Below the pieces are notes generated by a model, which was given only the letters and a program-made list of their open reading frames with translations, was not told where the DNA came from and ran no database searches. Below are positions 35,325 to 44,555 of a stretch of 64,000 nucleotides of DNA, in pieces. Positions within the stretch are counted from its first letter, which is position 1. Each line of letters begins with the position of its first letter. The position numbers were made by a program, and so were the translations under genes. The stretch is from Lachnospiraceae bacterium (GTDB lineage: Bacteria; Bacillota_I; Bacilli_A; RFN20; CAG-826), in NCBI GenBank assembly GCA_963654425.1, contig CAVKAR010000004.1, positions 5,293 to 69,292 of the forward strand, in the 5' to 3' direction.

Positions 35325-36934
35325 TTTATCTCTCCTTTTCTTATCGAATATCGCACAGTGTAGCTCTGCTCATCTTTCTTGAAATCAAAGTCGATGGTTT
35401 GGCCTTTCTTTCTGATGTCAAGTATTTGACTTCCGATGAATTTTTGGCATCTTTCAAGCAGTTTTTTCTTTTCGTCGGTATAAGCGGATACATCGTCGCT
35501 TGTCATATAGACGCTTCCGCAGATATGGTTGATGGTGATTATCGCTTCTTTTTGCTTTTGGCTGAGTTTTATGTTGTCATCGCGCAGCAAATAGACATCA
35601 GGATCGTTATAGAAGCAGATTTTGTCCATTAGAGAACGATAGATGGTGTTCACAAGCGTGACTTTCGTGGAAATTCTTTCTCGATGAAAGAAGCGCATAT
35701 AGAACTTGTCATTGAAAATGAGGGAAATATCTGGACCGATGCGGGCATAATCCGCACGCATGAAGGAGGAGGATAGAGGGACGCCACATACCAAAAGCAG
35801 CTTTCCTTTCAGCGTATCGCGGAGGGAACCCATTATATACGACATAAGCTCTGCCCTTGTGTAACGTTCGTCTTTTATGAGAGCGCTTGCGTATAGGAAA
35901 TCCAATTTGAAGAAATCGAAGCCTAAATCAATATAGTAATTCAGGCACTTTTTGATATAGGCGATAACTTCCTCTTTCCGTATATCCAAGACATAATCTG
36001 TGCTCCAATTGCATCCGGCTGGCACCGGTTCGCCGTTTTCTAAATATAGATAATCCTTATGCTCGGCATAAATTTTGGAATTTTGTTCGCACACCAGCGG
36101 TGCGAGCCATATTCCGGCCTTAAGCCCTTTTTCGTGTATTTTGCTTATGATCGGCTTTAGACCGTTCGGGAACTTGTTTTGGTCAATGTCAAGCCAATCG
36201 CCGACAAACGTCTCGCTTCCATCGTCTATTTGGAAGAGGTCATAGTTTTCTTTGCTTATGCCATCAAGGTTTTTGAGGATGACGCCATCGTTGATATTCT
36301 GGTAATGGTTGTACCAAGAAGTGTATCCTTTTATCGATTTTTCATCTTTTATTTGGAAATTGCGGAGATATTGCTTCGTGATCTCTAAATAATTGCCTTT
36401 TAGAGTTACATAATCGAAGAGATGAAATGTTTCGCTAATTTTTCGCCCCGAGATATCGCTCTCTAATCTTATTGTCCCCTTTTTCACCATGTGATTGACG
36501 ATAAGGTAGGCATTATCTTCGTTCAGGCTGCCAAAAAGAGTGGCTTCGTTTGTTTTTCTGTTTCTGATGTAAGAGAAAGTATATCCATGAAGAACGTGCC
36601 TTTGATATTTCTTGAAAATCTCATCGCCATATTGTTTCAGATGATATTTTTCATGGATGGATTTTGGGAGCTTGTCAATCGATTTGACGTTTTCCCAAAT
36701 CGAAAATTCCCGTGTGTCCGTCCATGACTGATATCCGTTTAAATACAGGCATTCATTTTTGAGATAATGGTGATTGATATCGATATACGCCTCCAAAAGA
36801 ACAATCTCTTTTTTCGGGATGATATCGATTTTTCTTCTATTGTCTTGCAGAAGCTCCTCAATCTTGTAATCTTCGTTTTCTTCGCGCCCGCCTTCCTTAA
36901 CGAGACCATTTACAGAATACTTGATTTTAAGCAT
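35306..36934 (-). CDS. Alpha-galactosidase-like glycoside hydrolase (GH36-type, short form)
   Basis: GYTSWYNHY, LFQIDDGSETFVGDW, FPNGLKP, GIWLAP, GFDFFKLDFLY (KxD nucleophile motif), YMTSDD. I placed the start at ATG 36934 (8-nt overlap with the transporter gene). ATG 36955 is an alternative. Confidence 0.75.
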   Translation of the reverse strand: MLKIKYSVNGLVKEGGREENEDYKIEELLQDNRRKIDIIPKKEIVLLEAYIDINHHYLKNECLYLNGYQSWTDTREFSIWENVKSIDKLPKSIHEKYHLKQYGDEIFKKYQRHVLHGYTFSYIRNRKTNEATLFGSLNEDNAYLIVNHMVKKGTIRLESDISGRKISETFHLFDYVTLKGNYLEITKQYLRNFQIKDEKSIKGYTSWYNHYQNINDGVILKNLDGISKENYDLFQIDDGSETFVGDWLDIDQNKFPNGLKPIISKIHEKGLKAGIWLAPLVCEQNSKIYAEHKDYLYLENGEPVPAGCNWSTDYVLDIRKEEVIAYIKKCLNYYIDLGFDFFKLDFLYASALIKDERYTRAELMSYIMGSLRDTLKGKLLLVCGVPLSSSFMRADYARIGPDISLIFNDKFYMRFFHRERISTKVTLVNTIYRSLMDKICFYNDPDVYLLRDDNIKLSQKQKEAIITINHICGSVYMTSDDVSAYTDEKKKLLERCQKFIGSQILDIRKKGQTIDFDFKKDEQSYTVRYSIRKGEIKWIRPL

Positions 36935-38378
36935 TATCAATGCCCTCGCTCGCATTTTTATCTATTCCATTTTGCCTTGTTGCCAAAGTGGCATTGACAC
37001 CTTTTTCGTTATAGAAAGCGAGAATGAAGGCGCCGATTAGGCAAAAGGCGATGGCGACGATCCCCACGAGTCTCATCCCTAGTTCGCTTGGGACGATATC
37101 GTTGGAATTGCTGCTTTGGGTCGTTCCGATGATGGCTAAAGAGGTGAATGCGAGCGTCGCTATCGATTGTCCCATCTTCATCGAGAAAGTGCGGGAGGCA
37201 AAGAACATCCCTTCCCTGTTTTCACCGGTTTCGATAGCCTCGCATTCCGCAACATCAGCGACAATAGACTGCGGGATGATGCCAAGAAGCGCCATCGGGA
37301 AAGCCGCGACGACGACAATGAGAATGCCGAATAGATCGAATTCGCCGAATTGGACATTGATTCCGTTGAAACCGCAAAGAGTGGCCAATAAATAAGCTGC
37401 CGCCAGTCCCAAAAAGCCGAAGATAGTGAGCTTTTTCTTGCCGAATTTCCGGACGAGTTTGGAGACGATGGGGTAGAAACAGGCGCTTAAAACCGTCATT
37501 GCACCCATGTAGTACATTGTTGTTGATCCATCTGCATCGTGCATCAAAACTTTTACGAAATACGGCAAGCCTGTCTGGAAGAGAGTGATGCCGATCCAAT
37601 ACATAACGTCGCTCCCGACAAAAATACGGAAATCTTTGTTCTTGAATGTCGCTTTGAGGGATTTGAAAACGTTGGTATTGTCTGGCGGATTATCGGCGAA
37701 TTCCCTCTCTTTGAGCAAGAAACATGGAAGGAGCATGCAAATGCAAGCGATAACCGCCAAGACGATGAAACATACTCGGTAGCTCCAAGCAAAGCCAAGG
37801 CTTTCTCTCAGAAAGCCCGCGAAGACGAATGGCGTGTAGGCAAGTAACAAACCAAAGAAATAGGTTAGTGAGATGGCGGTGGAAATATACATTCTGTCTT
37901 CTTGCGTTTTTCCAAATTCGCTGATGAGGGCATTATATGGAGTGCAATAGAGAGTCATGAAAGCGTAAAAGAGGATGAGGAAAATTAAAATCCAGGCGAA
38001 GTTGATGCCTGATATCTCGTTGACTGGCGCAAGAAACACAACTACGGTCAAAACGGCGAAAGGGATGGCGCTGAATTGCATAAATGGGATTCTTCTGCCT
38101 CTTTTGTTCTTTGAGCGATCAGACAAACTCGCGACCAATGGATCTGTTATCGCGTCAAAGATACGGCAGATAAACGAGATAAGCCCGAGCAAAGTGAGCA
38201 CTCCCCCGATCACCAAGCCTGGAGCGATGTACTGGATTGCGCCATTGGCGAGTTCTTCTTTGGTTGGCAAATAGAAGGTAACGAGCCATGTGTTGATGAT
38301 CCCCCCTAGCAAGCTCCAGCCAAGTTGGCCTATGGCAAAAATCCACATCTGCTTTTTTGATAGTCTCTTCATAAACAT
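36927..38378 (-). CDS. Glycoside-pentoside-hexuronide (GPH):cation symporter
   Basis: 12-TM profile with the GPH signature DAITDPLVASLSDRSKNKRGRRIPFM. Confidence 0.85.
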   Translation of the reverse strand: MFMKRLSKKQMWIFAIGQLGWSLLGGIINTWLVTFYLPTKEELANGAIQYIAPGLVIGGVLTLLGLISFICRIFDAITDPLVASLSDRSKNKRGRRIPFMQFSAIPFAVLTVVVFLAPVNEISGINFAWILIFLILFYAFMTLYCTPYNALISEFGKTQEDRMYISTAISLTYFFGLLLAYTPFVFAGFLRESLGFAWSYRVCFIVLAVIACICMLLPCFLLKEREFADNPPDNTNVFKSLKATFKNKDFRIFVGSDVMYWIGITLFQTGLPYFVKVLMHDADGSTTMYYMGAMTVLSACFYPIVSKLVRKFGKKKLTIFGFLGLAAAYLLATLCGFNGINVQFGEFDLFGILIVVVAAFPMALLGIIPQSIVADVAECEAIETGENREGMFFASRTFSMKMGQSIATLAFTSLAIIGTTQSSNSNDIVPSELGMRLVGIVAIAFCLIGAFILAFYNEKGVNATLATRQNGIDKNASEGIDNA

Positions 38379-38397
38379 CTCCTTATATATAATGTTT

Positions 38398-39003
38398 TTA
38401 AGCCTTTATGAAATTGAGAAAACTGCTTATGAGCATTTTTATTTCCTCATTCTTTTTTTGACCCTTGTCTTGCTTGATGATGGCTTTGTTCAAAGACAAT
38501 TTCTCGCATAACCCTAGCAAAGCGTGGGTGGAAGAATAATAGAAAGTCTCATAATCCAAATCCTGTTTTATGGTTCCATCTTTCAATCCCTTTTCGACCA
38601 TCGTTCGATAAATGAGGCCAAAATTGGTGATGCCTTCTTCGTACTCTTTCAAATCGTCAATCTCGTTTTTCAGAATATAAATATCAAGCTCTTTAAGGAA
38701 ATTGAAGTAGGGCTGATGACTGACGAAAATCGACAAGAAAGACATATAGTAGCCTTTTATCAATTCGAATCCTGTTGTGTCATCGAATTTGAAATACTGC
38801 GAGAGTATCTTCTTTTGCATATCCAAAGCGACTTCAATGACCAAATTGCTTTTCTTCTTAAAATAGCGGTATATGGTCGCTTCGCCGATTCCGGCTTTTA
38901 AGGCAACATCCTTTATCAAGACGGTCTCGATTCCCTTAGAAAGGAAAAGCTCCTCGCTTTCCTTTAATATATAGTCTCTTTTCAGGCTTACGAAGTTCGT
39001 CAT
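38398..39003 (-). CDS. TetR/AcrR-family transcriptional regulator
   Basis: N-terminal HTH: ILKESEELFLSKGIETVLIKDVALKAGIGEATIYRYFKKKSNL. Confidence 0.85.
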   Translation of the reverse strand: MTNFVSLKRDYILKESEELFLSKGIETVLIKDVALKAGIGEATIYRYFKKKSNLVIEVALDMQKKILSQYFKFDDTTGFELIKGYYMSFLSIFVSHQPYFNFLKELDIYILKNEIDDLKEYEEGITNFGLIYRTMVEKGLKDGTIKQDLDYETFYYSSTHALLGLCEKLSLNKAIIKQDKGQKKNEEIKMLISSFLNFIKA

Positions 39004-39197
39004 GATAGATACTCTTTCAATTTGATAGATTGACTATCACATTATAGTGTAAGCGCTTACCAAGTAAATCATTTTCTCACTTTATTCTCTTGAAGAGCGT
39101 AGCGAGCGCAATTTCCGGCGTTATAACGCTGATTTGTTTGCGTAAAACGAAAAGGTATAACTTGCCTAGGAGGCAAATCGAAAGGATAATCAAGGAT

Positions 39198-40688
39198 ATG
39201 AAACGCCGTCTCAAAGGAAAAACGACTACAGCTGTATGCTTATTGGCTCTCTCTTGCGCCGTTTCCTCATGCAGCGGCGGAAGCAGCGATAGCGATACTT
39301 CTACGCCCGACGGGAAAACTTATTCTTTCATCGTCAGCTATTTCGATGATGCAGATGAACAAGTCGGTTATGACTATGTGCCATATGGCAAACCATCTCG
39401 CTCAGTGCGCAAATTGGATGGAAAATCGTCTTATGACTATAAGCCGCACGCCAATATTGAAGCAAAAGCCGGCATAAGGAAGGTTTTCGACGTCTGGGAA
39501 GGCAAATATGAAAACGTCGATGATACTTTGCCTCCTTATGGCGAAAAGCATCCAGCGCCAACTAACGGAGAAAGCGTAAGTATCAACAATATAAAAGGAG
39601 AATGCTCCCTTAAAGCCGTTTTTAAGGATGAAACCATCTCTTACACAACGAGATTCTATAGCGAAGGCTCGATCATCAAAACCGAGGACGGATCTTCGCC
39701 ATACGATGATGGCGTAAAACATTCTTGGGGTGATTTTGTCCTCCCTCCATCTACGCCGTACAAAGAATCGCCTTATGGTTATAAGAGCGATTTTTTGGGA
39801 TATGGGTTCAAAAGCGATGGCAAAAGCAGCGAACCTTTCTTCGATTTTTCAGATGCGGGGTTCTATTATGGCTATGGCGAGCCCACTGCCGTGAGCCAAT
39901 ATTTTTCGGATGGAGGCATTGGCGTTTCCAGCGTTTCCCCAGGTTCTTTTTACGAAGATATTTCGACTAAGGATGAATCTGGCTACTACACCTTTGATTT
40001 ATATGGGTATGATGGCGAATGGACGAAATTAGCTTCGATGGCGACTCTTAACCCCAAAATAAATCTCTACGCCAATTTCGCCAACCCGTCAAAAATAGAC
40101 TTCGATGTGGGGATATATTCATCCTATGACAACTATAAAGCAGGGGGCGACCCGCTTGAAAAGACAAGCGCGACTTTCGCTTCTCAGATTTCATTTTCAG
40201 ATGATTTATTGACTCTCACATTCAAGCAGGACCAAGAAAGCAAAGATGATGTTGCAACGGTGGACAAAAGCAAGACGGGTTTCAAAAACATCAGAAAGTG
40301 GATGGGTGTCTTTTCCGATGAACTAACGGTGAGCGATCTCTATCGCGGGAAATCGATGCCTGATGAGGCTTATGTCTTTGCTCCTTTATCTCTTTTCCCA
40401 ATATCCTCTGATTGCTCACTCGTTATTGAAGATGCCTCTGGCAAAGAAGTGAAAAAGCTCGATGCCAAATACGGAAGCAAAATAACGATTGATGAAGCCA
40501 GCAAAACGATTGAAGCCACAGACTCAGAAGGAACAAGCGCCTCATACTCTTATTCTTCCTTAGGCGATGTTGACTGGGAATTGACCTATTCAACCTCTGA
40601 TATTGCCTTATTGGACCAATTTAAAGGTAAGAGCGTATCGATTGAAGACGCAATCCTCGGAGATTGCTATTTAAGACCAGTTGAATAA
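39198..40688 (+). CDS. Lipoprotein of unknown function
   Basis: I trimmed the start to ATG 39198 (MKRRLKGKTTTAVCLLALSCAVSSCSGGSSDS), giving a basic n-region, a hydrophobic core and the lipobox VSSC. The mature part is rich in Ser/Asp/Tyr with no recognised domain. Confidence 0.7.
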   Translation: MKRRLKGKTTTAVCLLALSCAVSSCSGGSSDSDTSTPDGKTYSFIVSYFDDADEQVGYDYVPYGKPSRSVRKLDGKSSYDYKPHANIEAKAGIRKVFDVWEGKYENVDDTLPPYGEKHPAPTNGESVSINNIKGECSLKAVFKDETISYTTRFYSEGSIIKTEDGSSPYDDGVKHSWGDFVLPPSTPYKESPYGYKSDFLGYGFKSDGKSSEPFFDFSDAGFYYGYGEPTAVSQYFSDGGIGVSSVSPGSFYEDISTKDESGYYTFDLYGYDGEWTKLASMATLNPKINLYANFANPSKIDFDVGIYSSYDNYKAGGDPLEKTSATFASQISFSDDLLTLTFKQDQESKDDVATVDKSKTGFKNIRKWMGVFSDELTVSDLYRGKSMPDEAYVFAPLSLFPISSDCSLVIEDASGKEVKKLDAKYGSKITIDEASKTIEATDSEGTSASYSYSSLGDVDWELTYSTSDIALLDQFKGKSVSIEDAILGDCYLRPVE

Positions 40689-40701
40689 AACCAAATGGGA
40701 T

Positions 40702-42105
40702 TTAAGCCGATTTTTGGGAATCGGCTTTTTTCTTTTTTCGAATGAATAGCCAAATTGAAGGGGCAAATGCGAGGATAATGAATGAAAAAGCCACAATGAA
40801 CATATATTTATTCGGGGCGGTGACGGTGGTGCCGTAAGTGGGGTCAATATAGGTGCCGTAAGCCGCCTTCATGATCGCATCGCTCACCGAACTTCCGATT
40901 ATCATCGGCAAAAGAACCGTGAAGAACATTCTCACGCCTTGAAAAAGCCCAACTTCTTCTTTTGGCGTTTCGTTTCTAACCATCGCTCCGCATATAGCAG
41001 TGCCCACAAGATAGCCGCTCATCATTAAAATTCCGCTTATGACTATCGACCATGTTTGACTGCTTAAGAACATCGATAAAAAGCCTATAGCGGCAACCCC
41101 TAAAGCCGGGAGAAGCAATTTCGATTTCTCGAATTTGTCTAGGATAGTAAGCCCAAGGGCAATAACGACGACGCTAGCTGAGACCATAATGATTCCAAGC
41201 GGTAGATAAAAAGATAGCCCGGTCATCGCTAAGCCGTGGTATTCAGTCGAATTTTGGAAATAAACCATGAAATAGGGCATAAAAGCGTCGATAGCCATAT
41301 TGAAGGCCATAAAGGTCAGGAGGGAAATATACAGATCGGGGTTCTTTTTCACGACGCTTGGCCTGAATCCGTATATGAGATTGCTCCAATAATTAGCTTC
41401 TTTGTTAGGCTTGATTTCGTCTTTTGGAAGGAGAAAGAAAGAAACGATGCCGATCAAAGAGGTTATCGCTCCGAAAATGATAAAGAAGAGCAGCCATGGT
41501 TTAGCAAGATAATCGGCTGAGGATACGCCAGTTTGCTCAATTATTGCTTTTTGAGCATCGCTTGGACTTGCGTTAGCGCCTAAAGAAGAAGCCACAAGAA
41601 GAACGGCAATCGTCGCAATGAGAGGCAAAACCGATAAAACAGCCTCGACTTTGCCGCGATTTCCTTCATTCGTGATATCCGTGACGCGCGCATTGAAAGC
41701 AGCATCATTGGCACTGCTCCCAAAAAAAGTCATGAGGCAATCGACAACCACCATGGAGATGCCAACTCCTAGGGCCGCCCCGCTTGCCCCAAACATCGCC
41801 ACGCTGTTCTTGTAGGAGCACATTCCGAAAAGGAAAACGGTTACGCCCCAAATCGAGTAACCGCCGGCAATGAATATTTTTCTTTTGCCGAGCCTATCGC
41901 TCAGCGCACCCATGAAGAAAGTAGTGAGCGTCGCTGCGATTGAACTAGCAATCGTCATCCAGGTAATGTAGGTGTTATCGTGAGATTGAGAGTATACCCA
42001 CATATTGATGTAGTTGTTTTCGATCATCCAGGCAAGTTGGCCCGCAAAGCCAATCAAAATAAGTGAAATCCATTCTTTGCGCGGCAGTTTCGTTTTTTCC
42101 ATCAT
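40702..42105 (-). CDS. MFS transporter
   Basis: 12-14 TM segments and the MFS loop motif GALSDRLGKRKIF. Confidence 0.8.
   Translation of the reverse strand: MMEKTKLPRKEWISLILIGFAGQLAWMIENNYINMWVYSQSHDNTYITWMTIASSIAATLTTFFMGALSDRLGKRKIFIAGGYSIWGVTVFLFGMCSYKNSVAMFGASGAALGVGISMVVVDCLMTFFGSSANDAAFNARVTDITNEGNRGKVEAVLSVLPLIATIAVLLVASSLGANASPSDAQKAIIEQTGVSSADYLAKPWLLFFIIFGAITSLIGIVSFFLLPKDEIKPNKEANYWSNLIYGFRPSVVKKNPDLYISLLTFMAFNMAIDAFMPYFMVYFQNSTEYHGLAMTGLSFYLPLGIIMVSASVVVIALGLTILDKFEKSKLLLPALGVAAIGFLSMFLSSQTWSIVISGILMMSGYLVGTAICGAMVRNETPKEEVGLFQGVRMFFTVLLPMIIGSSVSDAIMKAAYGTYIDPTYGTTVTAPNKYMFIVAFSFIILAFAPSIWLFIRKKKKADSQKSA
40704..40735 (+). terminator. Rho-independent terminator of the lipoprotein gene
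   Basis: AAGCCGATT-TTTGGG-AATCGGCTT (perfect 9-bp stem) followed by TTTTTCTTTTTT. It lies inside the last codons of the convergent MFS gene. Confidence 0.55.
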
Positions 42106-42111
42106 TTGCTT

Positions 42112-42117
42112 ATTATA
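42112..42117 (-). promoter_or_regulatory. -10 box TATAAT, 6 nt upstream of ATG 42105 (leaderless-type)
   Basis: The minus strand reads TATAAT, AAGCAA, ATGATG. No SD. Confidence 0.35.
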
Positions 42118-42139
42118 TGCCCTTCTTTTCCACTAGTTA

Positions 42140-42148
42140 TGCTAGAAT
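42140..42148 (+). promoter_or_regulatory. Extended -10 box TGCTAGAAT, 7 nt upstream of ATG 42156 (leaderless-type)
   Basis: TGCTAGAAT, TCGCTTG, ATG. No SD. Confidence 0.4.
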
Positions 42149-42155
42149 TCGCTTG

Positions 42156-42989
42156 ATGGAATTCTACCGTTACGCGTTTCTCTTCTTGCTAGGAGGTTTC
42201 GTTGGCTGGGTCATTGAACTATTTTTCAGGCGTTTCGTAAGCCAAAAGAAATGGGTGAATCCCGGTTTTCTCACCGGGCCGTTTTTGCCTCTTTATGGTT
42301 TTGGAACCATCGGTTTTTACTTCATGTGTTCATTGCCTTGGAAAGAATGGATAAATCCCTCGTGGCTAGCGGTCACGGCGGAGGTTATCTCCATTGGCGT
42401 TTTGATGACGCTGCTTGAATATGTGGCCGGCATTATTTTCATCAAGGGCATGAAAATCAAATTGTGGGATTATTCTTCGCGATGGGGCAATATTCAAGGC
42501 ATTATTTGCCCTTTGTTCAGCGTTATTTGGCTTGCTTGCGGCGCCTGTTATCTGTTCTTGCTTCATCCGCTCATGGTATCTTTGAGCGACTTCATAATGA
42601 ACGAGGATTATTTGATCGTGCACGCAACCCTTATCGGTTTTGCCTTAGGCCTTCTTACGCTTGATTTCGGCTATTCTATGCATCTTGCCACCCGCATTCG
42701 CAGGGCCGTCGAGGATTCGCGGCTCGTCGTCGATTGGGACCGCATAAAAATATACATTCAGGAAAATGCGCAGAAAGTAAAAGCCAAAGCGCCTATTTTC
42801 TTCGCTTTCTCCGAAAAAGTAGCTTCTTTGCCATCAACAGTCAAAGAATATGTCGCTAGGTTAAAAGAAACGCCGAAGGTTAAAGCGGCCCTTGCGCGAG
42901 AAGACGAAAGAATAGACAGGCGCAAGGCTAAGATTCAGGCGAGAAAAGACAAAAAAGCCGCAAAGAAAGCAAACGAAAAAGAGGAATAG
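42156..42989 (+). CDS. Membrane protein of the 'putative ABC-transporter type IV' (CmpB/DUF1113-like) family with a Lys-rich tail
   Basis: I trimmed the start to ATG 42156. FLLGGFVGWVIELFFRRF....NPGFLTGPFLPLYGFG matches the G.lGW..E......NRGFL.GP..PIYG pattern. The C-terminal 60 aa are rich in Lys/Ala/Glu. Confidence 0.55.
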   Translation: MEFYRYAFLFLLGGFVGWVIELFFRRFVSQKKWVNPGFLTGPFLPLYGFGTIGFYFMCSLPWKEWINPSWLAVTAEVISIGVLMTLLEYVAGIIFIKGMKIKLWDYSSRWGNIQGIICPLFSVIWLACGACYLFLLHPLMVSLSDFIMNEDYLIVHATLIGFALGLLTLDFGYSMHLATRIRRAVEDSRLVVDWDRIKIYIQENAQKVKAKAPIFFAFSEKVASLPSTVKEYVARLKETPKVKAALAREDERIDRRKAKIQARKDKKAAKKANEKEE

Positions 42990-42991
42990 AA

Positions 42992-43687
42992 ATGCCAGAG
43001 TGGGGTAGCAAGGCGCAGTTTATAAGTTTCTTGATTTTCTCTTCGCTTTTCGCCATATGCAGTCTTTTCAATATCATGTGCGGTTTTTTCGAGAAGGAAA
43101 AGGCCCGCCGCATCTCTAAACCCTTCTGCTTGATTTTTCTAGGAATTGCCGCCGCTATAGCCCTTCCGCATTCTTTTCTCATCTATTGTGGATGCTTTTT
43201 TGGTTCGATAGGGGATTTCTTGCTTCTATACAAAAGCAACAAGAAATGTCTTGTGTCGGGGCTAAGCTCATTTCTGCTTGGGCATTTTTGCTATATTGGG
43301 CAAAGCATCGTCTATTTAGCCAACGAGGGCTATTTGGAGTGGTGGTCTTACTTAGTGATGGCCGCTTTTTACATTCTTACGGCCCTTCTAGTCATCGCGC
43401 CTATTTGGGGCCTTACGAAGCACAGCAGACTGTTCACGATATCAGGGACTTTCTATTGCTCGACTCTTATCGCGGTTATCGCTTCAGGCGCGCTTGGCTT
43501 GTATTTTCTGGGGCCTGAGTGGTACATATTCGTCATGTGCGGCGGCATTTTCTTCTTCGCTAGCGACTTGATTCTGACTTCCACGATTTTCCGTCACGAT
43601 TTCCCTCGACGCGATTTTTATATCATGCTTACTTATCTGCTCGGTGAGGCCGGGATTGTGTTTGGGATGGTTTTCACGCTTCTTTGA
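42992..43687 (+). CDS. YhhN-family (lysoplasmalogenase-like) membrane protein
   Basis: 231 aa, about 8 TM, with the FGSIGDFLL motif and a second ASDLIL motif typical of YhhN/TMEM86 proteins. Confidence 0.55.
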   Translation: MPEWGSKAQFISFLIFSSLFAICSLFNIMCGFFEKEKARRISKPFCLIFLGIAAAIALPHSFLIYCGCFFGSIGDFLLLYKSNKKCLVSGLSSFLLGHFCYIGQSIVYLANEGYLEWWSYLVMAAFYILTALLVIAPIWGLTKHSRLFTISGTFYCSTLIAVIASGALGLYFLGPEWYIFVMCGGIFFFASDLILTSTIFRHDFPRRDFYIMLTYLLGEAGIVFGMVFTLL

Positions 43688-44270
43688 TGTATTGGATGAA
43701 TTTCATCAAGGCGTTGTAGCGATGGCTGCAGTGGTCTTTTTCTTCTTGGCTGCAAGTCCCGAAATCAAGATTCTTTTCATCTTGATGGAAAAGCGGATCG
43801 TAGCCAAAACCGCCCACGCCGACCGGTTTTTCGAGCAAATGTCCTTTGCAGATGCCCTCAAAATACAGAGGTTTCGAATTCTCGTTTTCCAAAAAGCAGA
43901 TGCAGCAATGGAATTCGGCTGACCTGTCCTTGCCTTTGATCTCCTCTAATATTTTGCTGAACGTCATCGGATAACCGCCGTTATTTTTCGCAAAGCGCGC
44001 GCTATAAATGCCAGGGAAATGAGAGCCTAAAGAAACAATCTCGATGCCAGAATCGTCAGCGATTACCGGCATTGTCGTTTTCTTGGCCACATCAAGGGCT
44101 TTGATATACGAATTCTCCTCGTAGCTTTTCCCGTTTTCCTCAGCTTCGGAAACGATGGATAATTCACGAAGGCTACGAGCGATTATGCCTAAAGGGGATA
44201 GCATTTCGCGGTACTCTTTCATTTTGCCTTCATTATTTGTGGCGATGACGATTTCTTTTATGTCTTTCAT
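43674..44270 (-). CDS. rdgB: Non-canonical purine NTP pyrophosphatase (RdgB/HAM1 family)
   Basis: IVIATNNEGKMKEYREML, ADDSGIEI, PGIYSARF, FGYDPLF motifs. Confidence 0.85.
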   Translation of the reverse strand: MKDIKEIVIATNNEGKMKEYREMLSPLGIIARSLRELSIVSEAEENGKSYEENSYIKALDVAKKTTMPVIADDSGIEIVSLGSHFPGIYSARFAKNNGGYPMTFSKILEEIKGKDRSAEFHCCICFLENENSKPLYFEGICKGHLLEKPVGVGGFGYDPLFHQDEKNLDFGTCSQEEKDHCSHRYNALMKFIQYIKEA

Positions 44271-44284
44271 ATATTTTCTCCATT

Positions 44285-44311
44285 AAAAGAAAAACCTCAA
44301 CTGAGTCGAGG
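44285..44311 (-). terminator. Probable terminator of the tRNA-Asp/tRNA-Gly transcript
   Basis: The minus strand reads CCTCGAC-TCA-GTTGAGG (7-bp stem with one mismatch) followed by TTTTTCTTTT. Confidence 0.45.
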
Positions 44312-44322
44312 CGTTTGACGTA

Positions 44323-44396
44323 TGGAGCAGGTGACGGGAATCGGACCCGCATAACCAGCTTGGAAGGCTGGTGTTCTACCACTGAACTACACCTGC
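44323..44396 (-). tRNA. tRNA-Gly (anticodon UCC), CCA encoded
   Basis: I folded it by hand: acceptor GCAGGTG/CACCTGC, D arm GTTC-AGTGGTA-GAAC, anticodon arm CCAGC-CTTCCAA-GCTGG, T arm GCGGG-TCCGATT-CCCGT, discriminator T, then CCA. 74 nt. The T loop reads TCC where TTC is expected. Confidence 0.9.
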
Positions 44397-44404
44397 GCTT
44401 GCTT

Positions 44405-44481
44405 TGGCGGACCATACGAGATTCGAACTCGTGATCTTCTCCGTGACAGGGAGACATGTTAGACCGCTACACCAATGGTCC
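44405..44481 (-). tRNA. tRNA-Asp (anticodon GUC), CCA encoded
   Basis: Acceptor GGACCAT/ATGGTCC, anticodon arm TCTCC-CTGTCAC-GGAGA, T arm ACGAG-TTCGAAT-CTCGT, discriminator G, then CCA. 77 nt, 8 nt upstream of tRNA-Gly. Confidence 0.9.
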
Positions 44482-44497
44482 GGGTTGAGCGCCTAGA

Positions 44498-44526
44498 AAT
44501 ATACCATAGGCGCTTATTTCGCGCAA
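44498..44526 (-). promoter_or_regulatory. Sigma-70-type promoter of the tRNA pair
   Basis: The minus strand reads TTGCGC (44526..44521), a 17-nt spacer, then TGG-TATATT (44503..44498). The -10 ends about 16 nt before the tRNA-Asp 5' end. Confidence 0.55.
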
Positions 44527-44555
44527 TAAGGAATCGCTCGCTCCGAAATCGGTCT

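Noticed and set aside
39033-39048. Possible TetR operator ACTAT-N6-ATAGT upstream of the tetR gene
   Set aside because: The arms are only 5 bp in an AT-rich spacer. That is too weak to separate from chance without comparative data.
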